A stretch of DNA of 64,000 bases, taken from Octopus sinensis (taxonomy: Eukaryota). The stretch covers positions 1,488,001 through 1,552,000 of the forward strand of contig NC_043014.1 of assembly GCF_006345805.1 (NCBI RefSeq). Reading direction: 5' to 3'. This document shows, piece by piece, positions 1 through 13,379 of this stretch. The position numbers were made by a program, and so were the translations under genes. Numbering within the stretch: position 1 is the first letter of the stretch; every line of letters begins with the position of its first letter. The notes under the pieces are model-generated. The model was given only the letters and a program-made list of their open reading frames with translations, had not been told where the DNA came from and searched no databases.

Positions 1-519
1 TTCCAACCCATGTCAGCATGGAATATGGTCGTTAAAGGACGTTTATGACGATTCTTGAGGGTTTTGAACCCCACACATTAAAAGATAAACAGGAAAGACT
101 ACCCCCCACCGGGGTCTGTCTCAACACAATAAATAAGCGCTGGTGATATTCACAGAGAACTTCTGGGATGGCCTTCAACTAAATGGGATTCTGAAGAATG
201 TTTTGTTGTTTGTGAGGAAGATTTTGATGATATCAATCTAAGAATCAGAAGATAAAAAGAACGAAATTAAAGACATTCGACTTGGTTATCTTCTGGCCTG
301 GTGCCACCGGATATAAACCAGTGTTTGTTGCACCGATTCTGGCAACATAATACCATGTTTCAAGATGATACCTGCCTCTAATTTCAGATTTATTTCTATG
401 ATGACTGGGTGTTAATCTCAGTCTATTCTTGTTCCCGTAATGTTTATATATTTTGGTAATTGAAGATAACCGAACTAATTGTTCTCTGTCGACTCCTCCC
501 ATCTTATTAGAACACGCGC

Positions 520-635
520 ATGTGTGTGTATATTGTGTATTGTGTATGAATGTATATATTATATATAGGTATATATACACATACCACATACGTAGATACA
601 TATACCAAAAACGTAAAACTTATATTTGCGTGTAT

Positions 636-690
<55 letters not shown>

Positions 691-925
691 TACATGTATA
701 AATATATATATATATATATGTATATACATATGTATATATATATATATGTATATATATGTATGTATATATCTGTATATATATGTATATATATACATGTATG
801 TATAGATATATATATACGTATATGTATATACATATATACACAATATATATATACGTATATATACATTTTATGAATACATTCATACATACATATATACATA
901 TATGCATACAACATATACGTACATA
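520..925. repeat. Compound (TA)n/(TACA)n microsatellite
   Basis: Visible simple repeat; source of the YIYI-type pseudo-ORFs. Confidence 0.95.
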
Positions 926-1417
926 TAAGTGGATTATATAACCTTTCCTTACAAAATAGTAAATGGCAAATTTTTCAACTTCTATCGCTTTTTTAACTGT
1001 CCTCATATATTATATGCATATATATACACACACACACACACACATACATACAGATAGACAGACAGATAGATAGTTATTTGGCAGAGATGTTAGGGCATCA
1101 GCGAGATTGCATTACGTGATCATACAGGCGCCCTGCGATCTGGTTTCAAATGCCACCGAACTCATCTTCATCTTTCATCCTTTTGATGTTAATAAAAAAA
1201 AAAAACAACGACCCAATTCTGGGGTCAATGATTCTTCTCTTTTTCTCACTCACTCATTCTTCTTCTTCTTCTTCTTCTTCTTCTTCTTCTTCTTCTTCTT
1301 CTTCTCGAATATTGATTGTATTCAAACGTGAGAAGACATAAGCTTGGCCAAGTATAAAAAGGGTTTAAGATATACTCTATGTTCCCACGACTCAATCAAC
1401 GCATTAAGGGCCCTATA

Positions 1418-1490
<73 letters not shown>

Positions 1491-1571
1491 ATCTATCTAT
1501 ATGCATGCATGCATGCGCGTATGTATGTATGTATGTATGTATGTATGTATGTATGTATGTATGTATGTATG

Positions 1572-1715
1572 TAGTTTATTTAATCCAGGGTCTGTTACCC
1601 TGGACTTTCGACAGCATGCTGCCGTTTCTTCAGACATGTTGATACTCCAGAGTAACAGGCACCACTCTGAGTTTGTGCTGAGTACTTTCTCCGGATCGAT
1701 ACCAAAGAACAGTAA
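1572..1715 (-). mobile_element. Short Penelope-pLTR-like repeat fragment with hammerhead-like motif (1593-1636)
   Basis: Minus strand reads UGU-CUGAAGA-AAC-GGCAGC-AU-GCUGUC-GAAA-GUCCAGG-GUA-ACA, then AATAAA and a (TACA)n tract. Confidence 0.5.
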
Positions 1716-2073
1716 CACACACACACACACACTCGTACACATGTGGATAAGTATGTACGTTTATAAACATATATTGCTTGTGTGTGTGTGTGTGTTTGTG
1801 TGTGTGCATGTTGTCTATGCCAACGAAGTTGGTGCTGAGCAGTGTCTAAAGCTGTTATACAGAGACGCAGGTGAATGGCTAATTCCTCCAAAATTCTAAA
1901 CTCATCCATCACGTGAGCCACCAAAGTTATTTGGCACCAACATTCTGGATGAGTTCTGCTGATCCAAATGCTTTAAGTACCCATCCCACTGCCAGCCACA
2001 CCTCACTTTCCCAACCCCAAATCTTTATTATTATCATTGTTATTATTATCATTATTACAATTATTATTATTAC

Positions 2074-2118
<45 letters not shown>

Positions 2119-2229
2119 CATTATTATTTTGTTTTTTCCTTTATGATGTCTTATATTTCAATTTCCGTCCGTGAATCTTTGCGTGTCTGTATGTGTGTCT
2201 GCTCTCTCTCTTCCCAGCTCCCTGGTGTG

Positions 2230-2313
<84 letters not shown>

Positions 2314-2467
2314 TGTGTTCGTGTATGCACGTGTGTATCAGTGTACGTGTCTATGTGTTTATGTATTTTTAGGTTAGCATATGATTGAACAGCGAACATA
2401 TTTTGAAAATACGAAATGAGATATTGCACACACACGCACAAACACACACATTCTTATAGAAATAATT

Positions 2468-2820
2468 TACAATATTTACTCGTGTATTAGTCGTACTATT
2501 TTATACTTAATTTTATTTGAAAAAAATATTTGGGGTGCGACCTAATACGGTATCATACAAATAGAATAAAAAGCAGAAAAGCATAAATTTCACATATAGT
2601 TCATAATGTTATTGTACTCAACAGCTGTTTCGTTGACATAAAACATCGTTATTTATCATTATTTATCAAAACTATGTAGACACCACAAGAAGAGGCGACC
2701 TTATGATCGCTTCTAAGTGTGCTGTCGACATAGCTTCGATTAGCCTCTGCCCCTTTCGGCCATCTACTGCGCATGCGCTCTCTGTAGTAGTAGCAGAAAT
2801 AAATTTTTTATATAACGTAA
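2468..2820. mobile_element. Degenerate Tc1/mariner-superfamily (Tc2/pogo-like) non-autonomous DNA transposon end
   Basis: TATTTACTCGTGTATTAGTCG...GGGTGCGACCTAATACG resembles the terminal motif of Tc2-like MITEs; the far end is not defined. Confidence 0.4.
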
Positions 2821-3064
2821 CGGATGGTTTATTCTTTATATAATGTAATGTGTAAGTTTGTGTGTATGTGAGTGTGTGTTAATGCATGCTAATATATGTA
2901 TGCTACATAATATGGGTGCTATTCTGTGTGTGCATGAGTACGGTGTATGCGCCTATGTATATGTGTGTGTGTGCGTGCATGTGTTGCGTGTAGGTGTGTG
3001 CATACATGTTTGTGTGTGTGTGTGTGTGTGTGTGTTAATGTAATTAGTGCGAGTTATATAACGT

Positions 3065-3408
3065 ACGTGCTTAGCGGTTAGGGCATTCGGTTCCCGATTG
3101 CAAGGTCGTGAGTTCGAATCCCGGCGGTGCATTTTGTCCTTGAGCAAGACACTTTATTTTCCCGTTGCTCCAGTCCACTCGGCTGGCAAAAATGAGTGGT
3201 ACCTGTATTTCAAAGGATCACATTTCAAAGGGGCCATTCTTGTCCCATTCTATATTACGCTGAATCTCCCCGAGAACTACATCAAGTGTACGCGTGTCTG
3301 TGGAGTACTCAACCGTTTGAACGTTAATCTCACGAGCAGGCTGTTCTGTTGATCGGATTAGATCAACCGGAACATTCGTCGTCGTAACCGACGGAGAGTC
3401 AGACATGT
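3065..3408 (+). mobile_element. tRNA-derived SINE (CORE-like body, family-C tail)
   Basis: A-box-like GCTTAGCGGTTAGG, B box GAGTTCGAATCCC, CORE-like TCCTTGAGCAAGACACTT; tail shared with 16127-16500. Confidence 0.85.
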
Positions 3409-3658
3409 ATGTGTGTGTGTGTATAGAAGTAAAATGACCAATATATCAACACAATGGACCACTTCCTGTTTCTTGGAGCGCCATCTCGTGAGATGAGCAG
3501 CTCCCTGTGAGAGACTAGTGTCCCACTGTAGCGTTGTTATATCTCACTTCATCTTTACATCGCATCGACACAACCACCCAGAGCTTTCTTAGAGGTTTCG
3601 TATCATACCCACACTTACACAGATATACACACATATGCACATAACGCACATACATAAA

Positions 3659-3858
3659 GCGGTGAGCTGGCAGAGTGGTTAGCGCACCGGGCGAAATGCT
3701 TAGCCGTATTTCGTCTGTCGTTACGTTCTGAGTTCAAATTCCGCCGAGGTCAACTTTGCCTTTCATCCTTTTGGGGTCGATAAATAAAGTACCAGTTACG
3801 CATTGGGGTCGATGTAATCGACTTAATCCGTTTGTCTGTCCTTGTTTGTCCCCTCTAT
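3659..3858 (+). mobile_element. SINE family A
   Basis: GAGCTGGCAGA...GAGTTCAAATTCCGCCGAGGTC...GGGGTCGATAAA...AGTACCAGTT, repeated many times in the window. Confidence 0.9.
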
Positions 3859-4037
3859 GGGCCATTCTTGTCACATTCTGTATTACACCGAATCTCCTTG
3901 AGAATTACGTCAAGTGTACGCGTGTCTGTGGAGTACTCAACCGTTTGAACGTTAATCTCACGAGCAGGCTGTTCTGTTGATCGGATTAGATCAACCGGAA
4001 CATTCGTCGTCGTAACCGACGGAGAGTCAGACATGTA
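3859..4037 (+). mobile_element. Duplicate of the SINE tail at 3230-3408
   Basis: Near-identical, including the private GATCGGATTAGATCAAC variant and the AGTCAGACATGTA end. Confidence 0.85.
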
Positions 4038-4169
4038 GGCAGCAAAGAAATATATACGCACAACTCACGTACATATACATGTACACACACATACAAGCAA
4101 ACACATATTCTTTTATTCTTTTAATGGTTTCAGTCGAAATGGTTGTGATGAGGTGTCAAAGCCTCCGCT

Positions 4170-4560
4170 CAAAGCACAAGAAGGTGAGTATGACAGAGAA
4201 CCGGGATAAGGAGATCGAGAAGGATTAGAGAAGAATTTTGTAAAGTCTGAGATCATGAATTTTGAAATGCCAAATGACAAGGGAGCGTATTAGAAAGGAA
4301 TTGGTAAAACTGAAAGATGCCAAGACCAAACCAGAGAGCTGGAGAGAGCCTGGAAGATTAAGACAACAATTCTTCCTGTGGTAATTGGTGCATTTGGCAC
4401 AACACCCAAATCGTTACCAAAGAGGCTGAAGGATATTGGAACTTGCATTATCGACCAGTAGAAAAGTGCAATTTTGGATTCTGAAGAAGAATCCTGAGAT
4501 GGATTCTTGAGATTTGAGGAGACTTGTTGTCACCAAACCTCGAGACAACATCCTTGCTAG
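4170..4560 (+). mobile_element. R4/Dong-clade non-LTR retrotransposon, degenerate C-terminal restriction-like endonuclease region
   Basis: Translates ELERAWKIKTTILPVVIGAFGTTPKSLPKRLKDIG...RILRWILEI*, matching the R4-type PVVxGALG ... RILRxxL C-terminus. Confidence 0.75.
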
Positions 4561-4796
4561 CTAATATAGCAAGTAATAGTTATAACAACGATATCATCTA
4601 ATCATCATCATCATCATCATTATCATCATCATCATCATCATCATTATCATCATCACCACCACCACCACCACCACCACCACCATCATCATTATCATCATCA
4701 TCATCATCATCATCGTAATCATCATCATCGTAATCATCATCATCATCATCAACACCATCATCATCATCATTATCATCATCATCATCACCACCACCA

Positions 4797-4940
4797 GAGA
4801 GTTGCATTGATTCAGAAATCTGCTCCATTGGGAACAACAAGGATTGTAAGAGAGGCCCTCGATATCTAAGGAAACTGGTTGTGACCCGGTACCAAGGACA
4901 TTGGCTCGGAACGTAAAGCATTCCTTCACAACATGAATAG
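4797..4940 (+). mobile_element. R4/Dong-clade LINE 3' end
   Basis: VALIQKSAPLGTTRIVREALDI*; stop context GATATCTAAGGAA shared with the 54184-54660 copy. Confidence 0.75.
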
Positions 4941-4944
4941 TAAT

Positions 4945-5160
4945 GGCTTCAAGTTTTGGCACAAGGGCAGTTGTCTGAAGTGGAAGGGGTGGGGGGAGGA
5001 GGTTGATCTATTATATTGAACCGGGACTTGACTGAGACTTTTATTTCATCGACCCTGAATGGATGAAAGATAAAGTTGGCTTCAGTCGGATTTGAACTCA
5101 GACCAAAAAAAGCTGAAACAATTACCTCTAGAAATTATGTCCAACACTCTAATTCTGCTC
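4945..5160 (-). mobile_element. Degenerate SINE family A
   Basis: Reverse-complement matches (TTTTGGCACAAGG tail, ATCGACCC, GGATTTGAACTCAGA). Confidence 0.7.
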
Positions 5161-5239
5161 CACTCATCATCATCATCATCGTAATCATCATCATCGTAAT
5201 CATCATCATCGTAATCATCATCATCATCATCATCACCAC

Positions 5240-5289
<50 letters not shown>

Positions 5290-5296
5290 CCATCAC

Positions 5297-5335
<39 letters not shown>

Positions 5336-6304
5336 TATAATCATCATCATCATCATCATCATAATCATCAGCTCCCCTTCTACCTCTACCCAGCACTTCT
5401 TTTTGTTTCCTTTCTCTTCTTCATTCTTCTTATCATCATCGTCACCACCACCACCATCACCACCACCATCACCACTACGATGATGATGATGATGTTCATC
5501 ATCATCATCATCAGCTGCAGCAATAGCAGCAGTTGCAGCAGCAGCAGCAGCAGTATTACACGCACAAAGAAAAGTGTAGAGAATATAAAGAATTTCGTGT
5601 TTTTAATGTGTGAGAGGAAAGAAGAGGCTGAAGAAGATGAAAGAGAGAGAAAGAGAGAGAGGGAGGGAGAGGGAGGGAGAGGGAAAATAGAAAGGTAAAC
5701 GGGGTGAGAAAAGGAGAAGGTAAAAGTAGTTAGAGTGAGATAAGGAAAGAAGGGGAGGTAAAGATAGAGAAAGAGGAGGGGAAAGAGATACAATGAGAAA
5801 GAGAGAGAGTGGGAGGTGAGAGAGAGAGAGAGAGTGGGAGGTAAGAGAGAGAGAGAGAGGGTGGGAGGTAAGAGAGAGAGAGAGTGGGAGGTAAGTGAGA
5901 GAGAGGGTGGCAGTAAAGCATCTAATTTCTAATTGTTGGCAATATGGCGGCCGACTGTAGGAAGATGTCGCTTATTTTGGTTCGAAATTTTACTGGTTTG
6001 AGTCACTGTTTGATGGTGGCGGCGGCGGTGATGGTGGTGGTGTTGTTGTTGTTGTTGGTGATAATGATGATGTTAATGATGATGCAATGTGCACATTTAC
6101 ACACACACACGTACACACATACACACATGCACACACATTTCCATTCAGTTCTACATTTAACACATACATACATGCATGCATACATACATACATACATACA
6201 TGCATGCATACATGCATGCATGCATATATGCATATACATATATACATATATTGCGCACTTGCATTCACACATAGCTGCATAAATACTTACACACACGTCT
6301 ACAC

Positions 6305-6348
<44 letters not shown>

Positions 6349-6559
6349 CTACACGGCTTATTTACATCGACACGTTTATACAACTAATGATTCGCATTAC
6401 CTACATATATAGAAGTACACTTCACACTAATATACACTCGCTGCGCTACGCAGCATATACACACTCACAGTGCAACACAGAATACTCATGATCGCATAGG
6501 TACACGGGGTATATACACTCGTATATATACAGCAAAGAATATATACACTCGAATGGGTT

Positions 6560-6740
6560 TACACCTACCCAAGGTGTCACGCAGTGAGATTGAAACCGGA
6601 ACCACGGGGTGAGAAGTTTGCTTCCCAGACGTATGGTTCCAGGTTCAGTCCCACTATGTGACATCTTGGGCAAGATCTTCTTCTGTAGCCTCGAGTCGAC
6701 CAAAACTTTGTGGATTTGGTAGACGGAAACTGAAAGAATC

Positions 6741-6802
<62 letters not shown>

Positions 6803-6804
6803 TA

Positions 6805-6867
<63 letters not shown>

Positions 6868-7085
6868 TGTATTTACTCTTTTACTCTTTTACTTGTTTCA
6901 GTCATTTGACTGCGGCCATGCTGGAGCACCGCCTTTAATCGAGCAACTCGACCCCGGGATTTATTCTTTTGTAAGCCCAGTACTTATTCTATCGGTCTCT
7001 TTTGCCGAACCGCTAAGTAACGGGGACATAAACACACCAGCATCGGTTGTCAAGCAATGCTAGGGGGACAAACACAGACAAACAA

Positions 7086-7095
<10 letters not shown>
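6560..7095. mobile_element. SINE family B fragments in mixed orientation (head - 6560-6605, head + 6608-6745, tail - 6873-7095)
   Basis: Matches to the full-length copies at 48935 and 52510. Confidence 0.85.
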
Positions 7096-7118
<23 letters not shown>

Positions 7119-7431
7119 GTAGAAATATGTTACAAAAAGAAAATATAAAATACACGTGGAAATGTATGGGTAAAATATGAAAAATCAACGAAAATGCATA
7201 TTGCAAATAGAAAAAGGCTATTTATGACAGGTAACGACAAATATATACATTTAGATGGACTGAGGTAGTAATAAGAATCATAAAAGTCATTATTATGAGA
7301 TGATTATAAGATGATAATAAAGTAAGAGAACAAAGCGAACCATGGTTTCGGCAAAAAGCTATTCATCGCTTTTCATATATATATATATGCGCACACACAA
7401 TTATATGTATGTATATATGTGAAACAGAAAG

Positions 7432-8291
7432 TACGAGGTGCGTTCAAGAAGTTTTGAAAGATTTTTAGGAGAAGCAATTATTATTGTCCTAGACTATTGT
7501 AATCTTAGTATAGCATTTCCAGGCATCTGTTAAGCTGAGCTGTGAACTTCCATTTATTCTAGATCGAAGAAGATGGCTGTAAGAGCACTTTGAACACATT
7601 CCAACCAAACACTGCTTGTCACAGCTGACGAGTTTACAGAGCGCTGCCGGAACGTGAAAACAAATTGGAAGATCGCTTTGCAAGTGTTAAATTGAGCAAA
7701 AACACCACAGAACCTTGTGAAATACTCCAGGCTGTTTATGGGGTAAGTTGTGTGAGCCAATCAGTTGCTTTTCACTGGCGCAAAAGGCATGCGAAGCAGG
7801 TCCGCCTGGAATCTCATGATGATCCCCTTTTTCGATGGCAAGGGTATCATCCGCATCCACTGGGTTCCCTCTGGCCAGACGGTCATCAAAGAGTACTTTG
7901 AGGAGGTTTTGAGGGAGTTCAGGAAGAGAATTCGTTGCAAAGGGTCAGAGCTCTACCATCAGACGGTGTCACTTGTACCCGTCCACAATTGCATCCAGGC
8001 AGTCAACAATTTCACAGAGATGGACATCAAAACTGTCTCCCATCCTCACTACAGACCAGTGACTCTTGGTTGTTTCCCAGCCTGAAAGAAAGGATGAAGG
8101 AGGCCGTGACGAAGGACCTGGACACCATCACTTTGGAGAGCTTCCATGGGGCCTTCGCGAAATGGCTGGAGCGCTGCAACAAATAGATTGAAGTCAGACA
8201 ATGTTACTCTGGAGGAGACAAGAGTTTTGTACTTCGTTGAAATAAATGTCTCTCCTGAAAAAGTCTGGAAACTTCTAGAATGCACCCTGTA
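7432..8291 (+). mobile_element. Internally deleted mariner transposon (pseudo-transposase)
   Basis: TA-flanked imperfect TIRs (TACGAGGTGCGTTCAAGAAGTTT / AAACTTCTAGAATGCACCCTGTA); HTH remnant EILQAVYG...VAFHWRKR and catalytic-domain remnant MMIPFFDGKGII...GQTV...YFEEVL. Confidence 0.9.
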
Positions 8292-8651
8292 TACCGTGTT
8301 ACTAACCATATAATATAGAATTTTGCTTTGAGAAGTAACAAATTGGTTACCCAAGAGATTTTACATGTCTCTGTGGACAGAAAAATCCACCTGACTCACT
8401 TTTAGACTCATTCGACTCTTATTAGAGAAAAAGTACTCGTCATCACTAAATAATTGAGAGATTTGAGATTTATCATATCTCCCTCTCTCTCTCTCTTTCT
8501 CTCTCTCTTTCTTCCCCTCTCTCTCTGTACATATGTACATATGTATATATACATACATACATACATACATACACAAACACACACATACGCACATACTTCA
8601 TATGAACGCACACACGCATATGCCACATTATTGAAGGCTGCAATATTACAA

Positions 8652-9057
8652 TGTCGGACCACGACACAATGCAGCGTTGCATTCTGGGACTGGTGCAAAG
8701 ATTTGGCTTTGCTTTTGCAGAACTTAAACTATTGCAGCCTTGGAATATGGCTGTGGCCCTTCGGAAAGTGTGGGTGGGGCCTACGTTATTACACCTAAGG
8801 AGGTGTTACCCTTTCTGATAACCCAGAGCCCCTACCAATCCATACGATATGCTCAACCACTTGTCTCAGAGATAGGGAGAAAAAGGGATTCAGTTCTCTC
8901 TCTCTCTCTCTCTCCCTCTGACCACCACCACTAGAGTCCCTCCTCCCTCTCATTTGCTGGTTGTATATACACCCAGTTTTGTATAAACTGGTAGGTTTCT
9001 CTCTCCTCTCCGTCATTCATGCATTGTCTCTCCAACATCTGGTGTCCTCTTCAAGCT
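8652..9057 (+). mobile_element. Possible LTR remnant followed by a PBS-like TGG
   Basis: TGTCGGA...TCCAACA terminal inverted ends (8652-9037) followed by tcTGGTGTCC; no TSD seen. Confidence 0.3.
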
Positions 9058-9079
9058 TATCCAGCCATCCGTTCGTCTG

Positions 9080-9111
9080 CTTATCTATCCATCTACCTCT
9101 CTCTCTCTTTT

Positions 9112-9208
<97 letters not shown>

Positions 9209-9245
9209 GTCTATCTATCTATCCATCTACCTCTCTCTCTCTTTT

Positions 9246-9330
<85 letters not shown>

Positions 9331-9545
9331 ATACATATATATATATTATATGTATATGTATATGTATGTGTGTCTGTCTCTTTGTCTGTCTGTCTGTCGG
9401 TCTATCTGTCTGTCTGTCTCTTTGTCTGTCTGTCTGTCTATCTATCTATTTGTCTATCTAATTGTTTATCTACAAATCTTTCCATCCATCCACCCATCAA
9501 CCCACCCATCCATCCAGCCATCTATCCATCTACCTATCTATCTGT
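9080..9545. repeat. (TCTA)n/(TCTG)n/(TCCA)n compound microsatellite
   Basis: Visible simple repeat with an internal block duplication. Confidence 0.95.
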
Positions 9546-9592
9546 GTTTATGTGCGCGCGCGCATATGTTTGTGTGTGTGTTTGTGCGCACG

Positions 9593-9632
<40 letters not shown>

Positions 9633-10254
9633 CATTGTTCGCAAACTCGTTAGTCAGCTGTCTGTCCGTCTTTCTCGTATATTAAACACATAAACACATC
9701 TACACATCTACACATCTACACACTCATATACATACACCAATTCGTAAACACATACACACACACCTAAACGCATTCCTGAATAAATTTAGTTCACTTCTGC
9801 CTGACAGGTATGTGTGCACAGGCGCACACATGCACACATGCACACACACACACACGCACGTACATACGCACGTACGCACTCATATACGTATACGCATACA
9901 TGTGCATACGCAATGTTTTGCCTTCCTAATACTGCAAATGTTTGCATGCACATGCATATGCGGACAGTGCTTCATGTGTGTGCGTGTGTGTGCGTGTGTT
10001 TGTGTGTGTGTGTGTGTCTCTGTGTGTGTATGTGTGTATGTGTGTGAGTAGTGCTGTATGTGTGCGTGTTTGCACTCCCCGCATGTAAGCTGTCAGAATT
10101 CACGTCTTCACATGAATATAAATAGATAAGAGCAGAGAGATGCTATGAAGATATATCCTTATGCGTATGTACGGTGTATGTATGTATGCATGCATGTGTG
10201 TGTGTGTATACATACATACCACACATGTACACACAGAAGCATGTATGTAGAGCG

Positions 10255-10811
<557 letters not shown>

Positions 10812-10812
<1 letters not shown>

Positions 10813-11258
10813 TATGTTTCTTTATTGGCCACGCAGGGCTGAACACAGAGGGGAGAAAATATAAAGTAGAGCTTTTCTTTTTGGGAAGAAGAGAAAAAAA
10901 GTGGGTCGAATTTCGATCAAAAGGGATCGTGGAAAAAAAAAGAAAAAGAAAGGCCGATCAATAGGGATCGTGTATCACAGAAATGTCAATGTAAAAGGGG
11001 AAAACAGATTAGGTTTATCCGTGGAAAGAAAAGCCTGTGGCAAAAACCACGGTAACCTTGGGCAATAATGTCATGCAAAAAAACCACATTACCGTAAGTG
11101 GCTCTCTTTTCCTTTCTTTTTTCGGTTCGTAGGATTATGCTCAAGCTGGCTTCGTCATTCATACGTGCCATTCTTGCAACATTCACCCATCCTTTTTTCA
11201 AACATTCACTAGACAAAACTTCCCTCTCCATTCTCATCTTCTTCTTCAAGTGATACTT
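10812..11258 (-). mobile_element. Tx1/L1-clade LINE 3' fragment
   Basis: KKKMRMEREVLSSECLKKGWVNVARMARMNDEASLSIIL is homologous to the end of the 22549-23587 copy; same 3' UTR ending AATAAAGAAACATATCTAT. Confidence 0.9.
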
Positions 11259-11540
11259 TTGTTACGTTTTTACTTGTTCAGTCATTTGACTGCGGCCATT
11301 CTGGAGTACTGTGCTGTATGGTTACTCGAACCAATCAAGCCGAGTATTTATTTTAAATCTAGTATTTATTCTATCGGTCTCTATTGCTGGTAAATTGCGG
11401 GACGTAAGGGAACCAGCACCGGTTTTCAAGCGAGGCTATAGTTGAAGATATTTGCCCAAGATACTGTGCAGTGGGACTGATCCTGAGAACACATGGTTGC
11501 AAAGAGAACCTCTTATCCACACAGTAATACCTGTGCCTAC
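11258..11540 (-). mobile_element. Degenerate SINE family B
   Basis: TTTTACTTGTTCAGTCATTTGACTGCGGCCAT tail and TTGCCCAAG...CAGTGGGACTGA head in reverse orientation. Confidence 0.8.
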
Positions 11541-13166
11541 GTTTTTACTTTTCCACTGAATTATTGCAATCAAACAATTCTATGATTTTTAAGTAAAAAT
11601 GTCAGAGATAAAGAAAAAAATTAAACACCTACAAAAATAATAGCAGTGCTTCAGTGCTTAAAGGTCGGCGATAATCTCTTCAGGCTGTTCTCCCTTCAGG
11701 CGGCACTCCCTTCAGGTAGCACTCCCTTCAGACAGTAATCTCTTCAGGCTGTTCTCTCTTTAGGCGACACTCACTTCAGGTGGATGTTAGAGTATTCTCT
11801 GTTACTAAATACCTTGAATCTAGTAAAAAAAAATTGTCAACTAACGAGATAACATAGAAGTAGTAGGAGACTACTAGTAGTTGACATATTCCTCAAGCCT
11901 GAGGTCTTTAAATGAGGGTTTCAAACTACTTCAATGAAGCTTTTCTGATTGTGAACGAAGCTTTGATAGAATGGGCGTTAATCGTGGCGGAAACGAGGTC
12001 TCGACTATCAAGTTGTTTTTAAAAAATGCGAGTTAATTTATTTAACTTTATGGTTTCCAGTTCTAGTCTGGAATTCAGACAGCTATGTACAAAAATGGCT
12101 GAAGCATCAGCATTCAGCAATCTATACGGCGGCAGGGAATAACGAAATCCAAGATTCTTGCTGAAGGGCGAAGTTCTGTTAAAAATTTCTTCAAGTTGAA
12201 AAGTTCAAGGTAAACCTAAATAAATTATTTTAAATTGTATTTAATGAATATTTAATGAACGGTGCAGCTTAAGAAGGTGGGAAATCAAGATTGGTTAAAC
12301 AACATCGTTATGAACTGGACTGGGGTAAGGGTGATATAATAAAATGACAGACACATGTTTAGTGCCGAGTAGGGATCCAAGAAGTCAGGTTGTCTGTCAT
12401 GAAACTTCTCTGACACTATGGAACAAGTTGTTACCCAAATTGGAACAGATTGACAAAACATACGCAAAAGACATCCATGCATTGATATGGCCCCCCAGGG
12501 GTGGTGTCGTCCCCTTCACTTCTCCGTCACCCCACCTCCCAAATTAGACATATTTCAAACAATTTTCCTGGTATCTTTTAGCGATCTCTGAACCACAGCT
12601 CCATAGGTTCGCATCACACACCAGTACACGCTTAACGCTTTCAAAATATGCTTTATTTTATAAGCAGTGTCCCGGTTGCTGTAGAGTTTCTGCTGCCTTT
12701 GCAGAGATAGAACTAGAAAAGAAAGTCGCCTTGCTTATCTGTTGTGTAACCTTCCTAAGACACGCTGATTAATTTCAAAGGAATGATAAAGCTTCTAAGA
12801 ATGCCAAAAGGATGGTTCGGAAACAAATCTCTTTACCAACTGCCCACCATTTCAAATTTATTTAAGGATTTTTACTTCAGTTTTTGCACATCTATGCTAA
12901 TTTGCAAATTTGCTAAATTAAGCAGGGACGAAGAGATTTTCCTTTGGCGTCTTTGATTCGCCATACACGACCGTCAAAGGGTCCCCGGAATTTGTGTAAG
13001 GAAGGACAGATTCTCCCATCCAATCCACTTCCTTTTGATAAACTTGCCGCAACTCTGTTCATTGCTACTTAATTAGCTAACCCATAGATCTATGGTCCAA
13101 TTCACCACCCATGGATGCGTTGGGGTGAGATTACTTCCGTTAGGTTAGCAAACGCACACACACGCA

Positions 13167-13223
<57 letters not shown>

Positions 13224-13379
13224 ACACTCACACACGCAAACACACACACACATATGCACACACACCTGAGTGCATGTGTGTGTGTGCGCGTATGTATCTA
13301 TCTATCTATATATTTCTGTCTTTAAGTCTGCATTCACGTACACGCGTGCATGCAATGTGCCTTGCATCTATGCGGGTTC

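Noticed and set aside
1-45. CCAACCCATGTCAGCATGGAA at the window start
   Set aside because: Looks like a retroposon 3' tail cut by the window edge; too short to classify.
345-395. Minus-strand CUGAAAU...GAAAC-AUG-GUA pattern
   Set aside because: Core and stem I too degenerate to distinguish from chance.
8398-8452. Minus-strand GUGAUGA...GAAU..GUC hammerhead-like pattern
   Set aside because: Two core substitutions and no convincing stem II or III.
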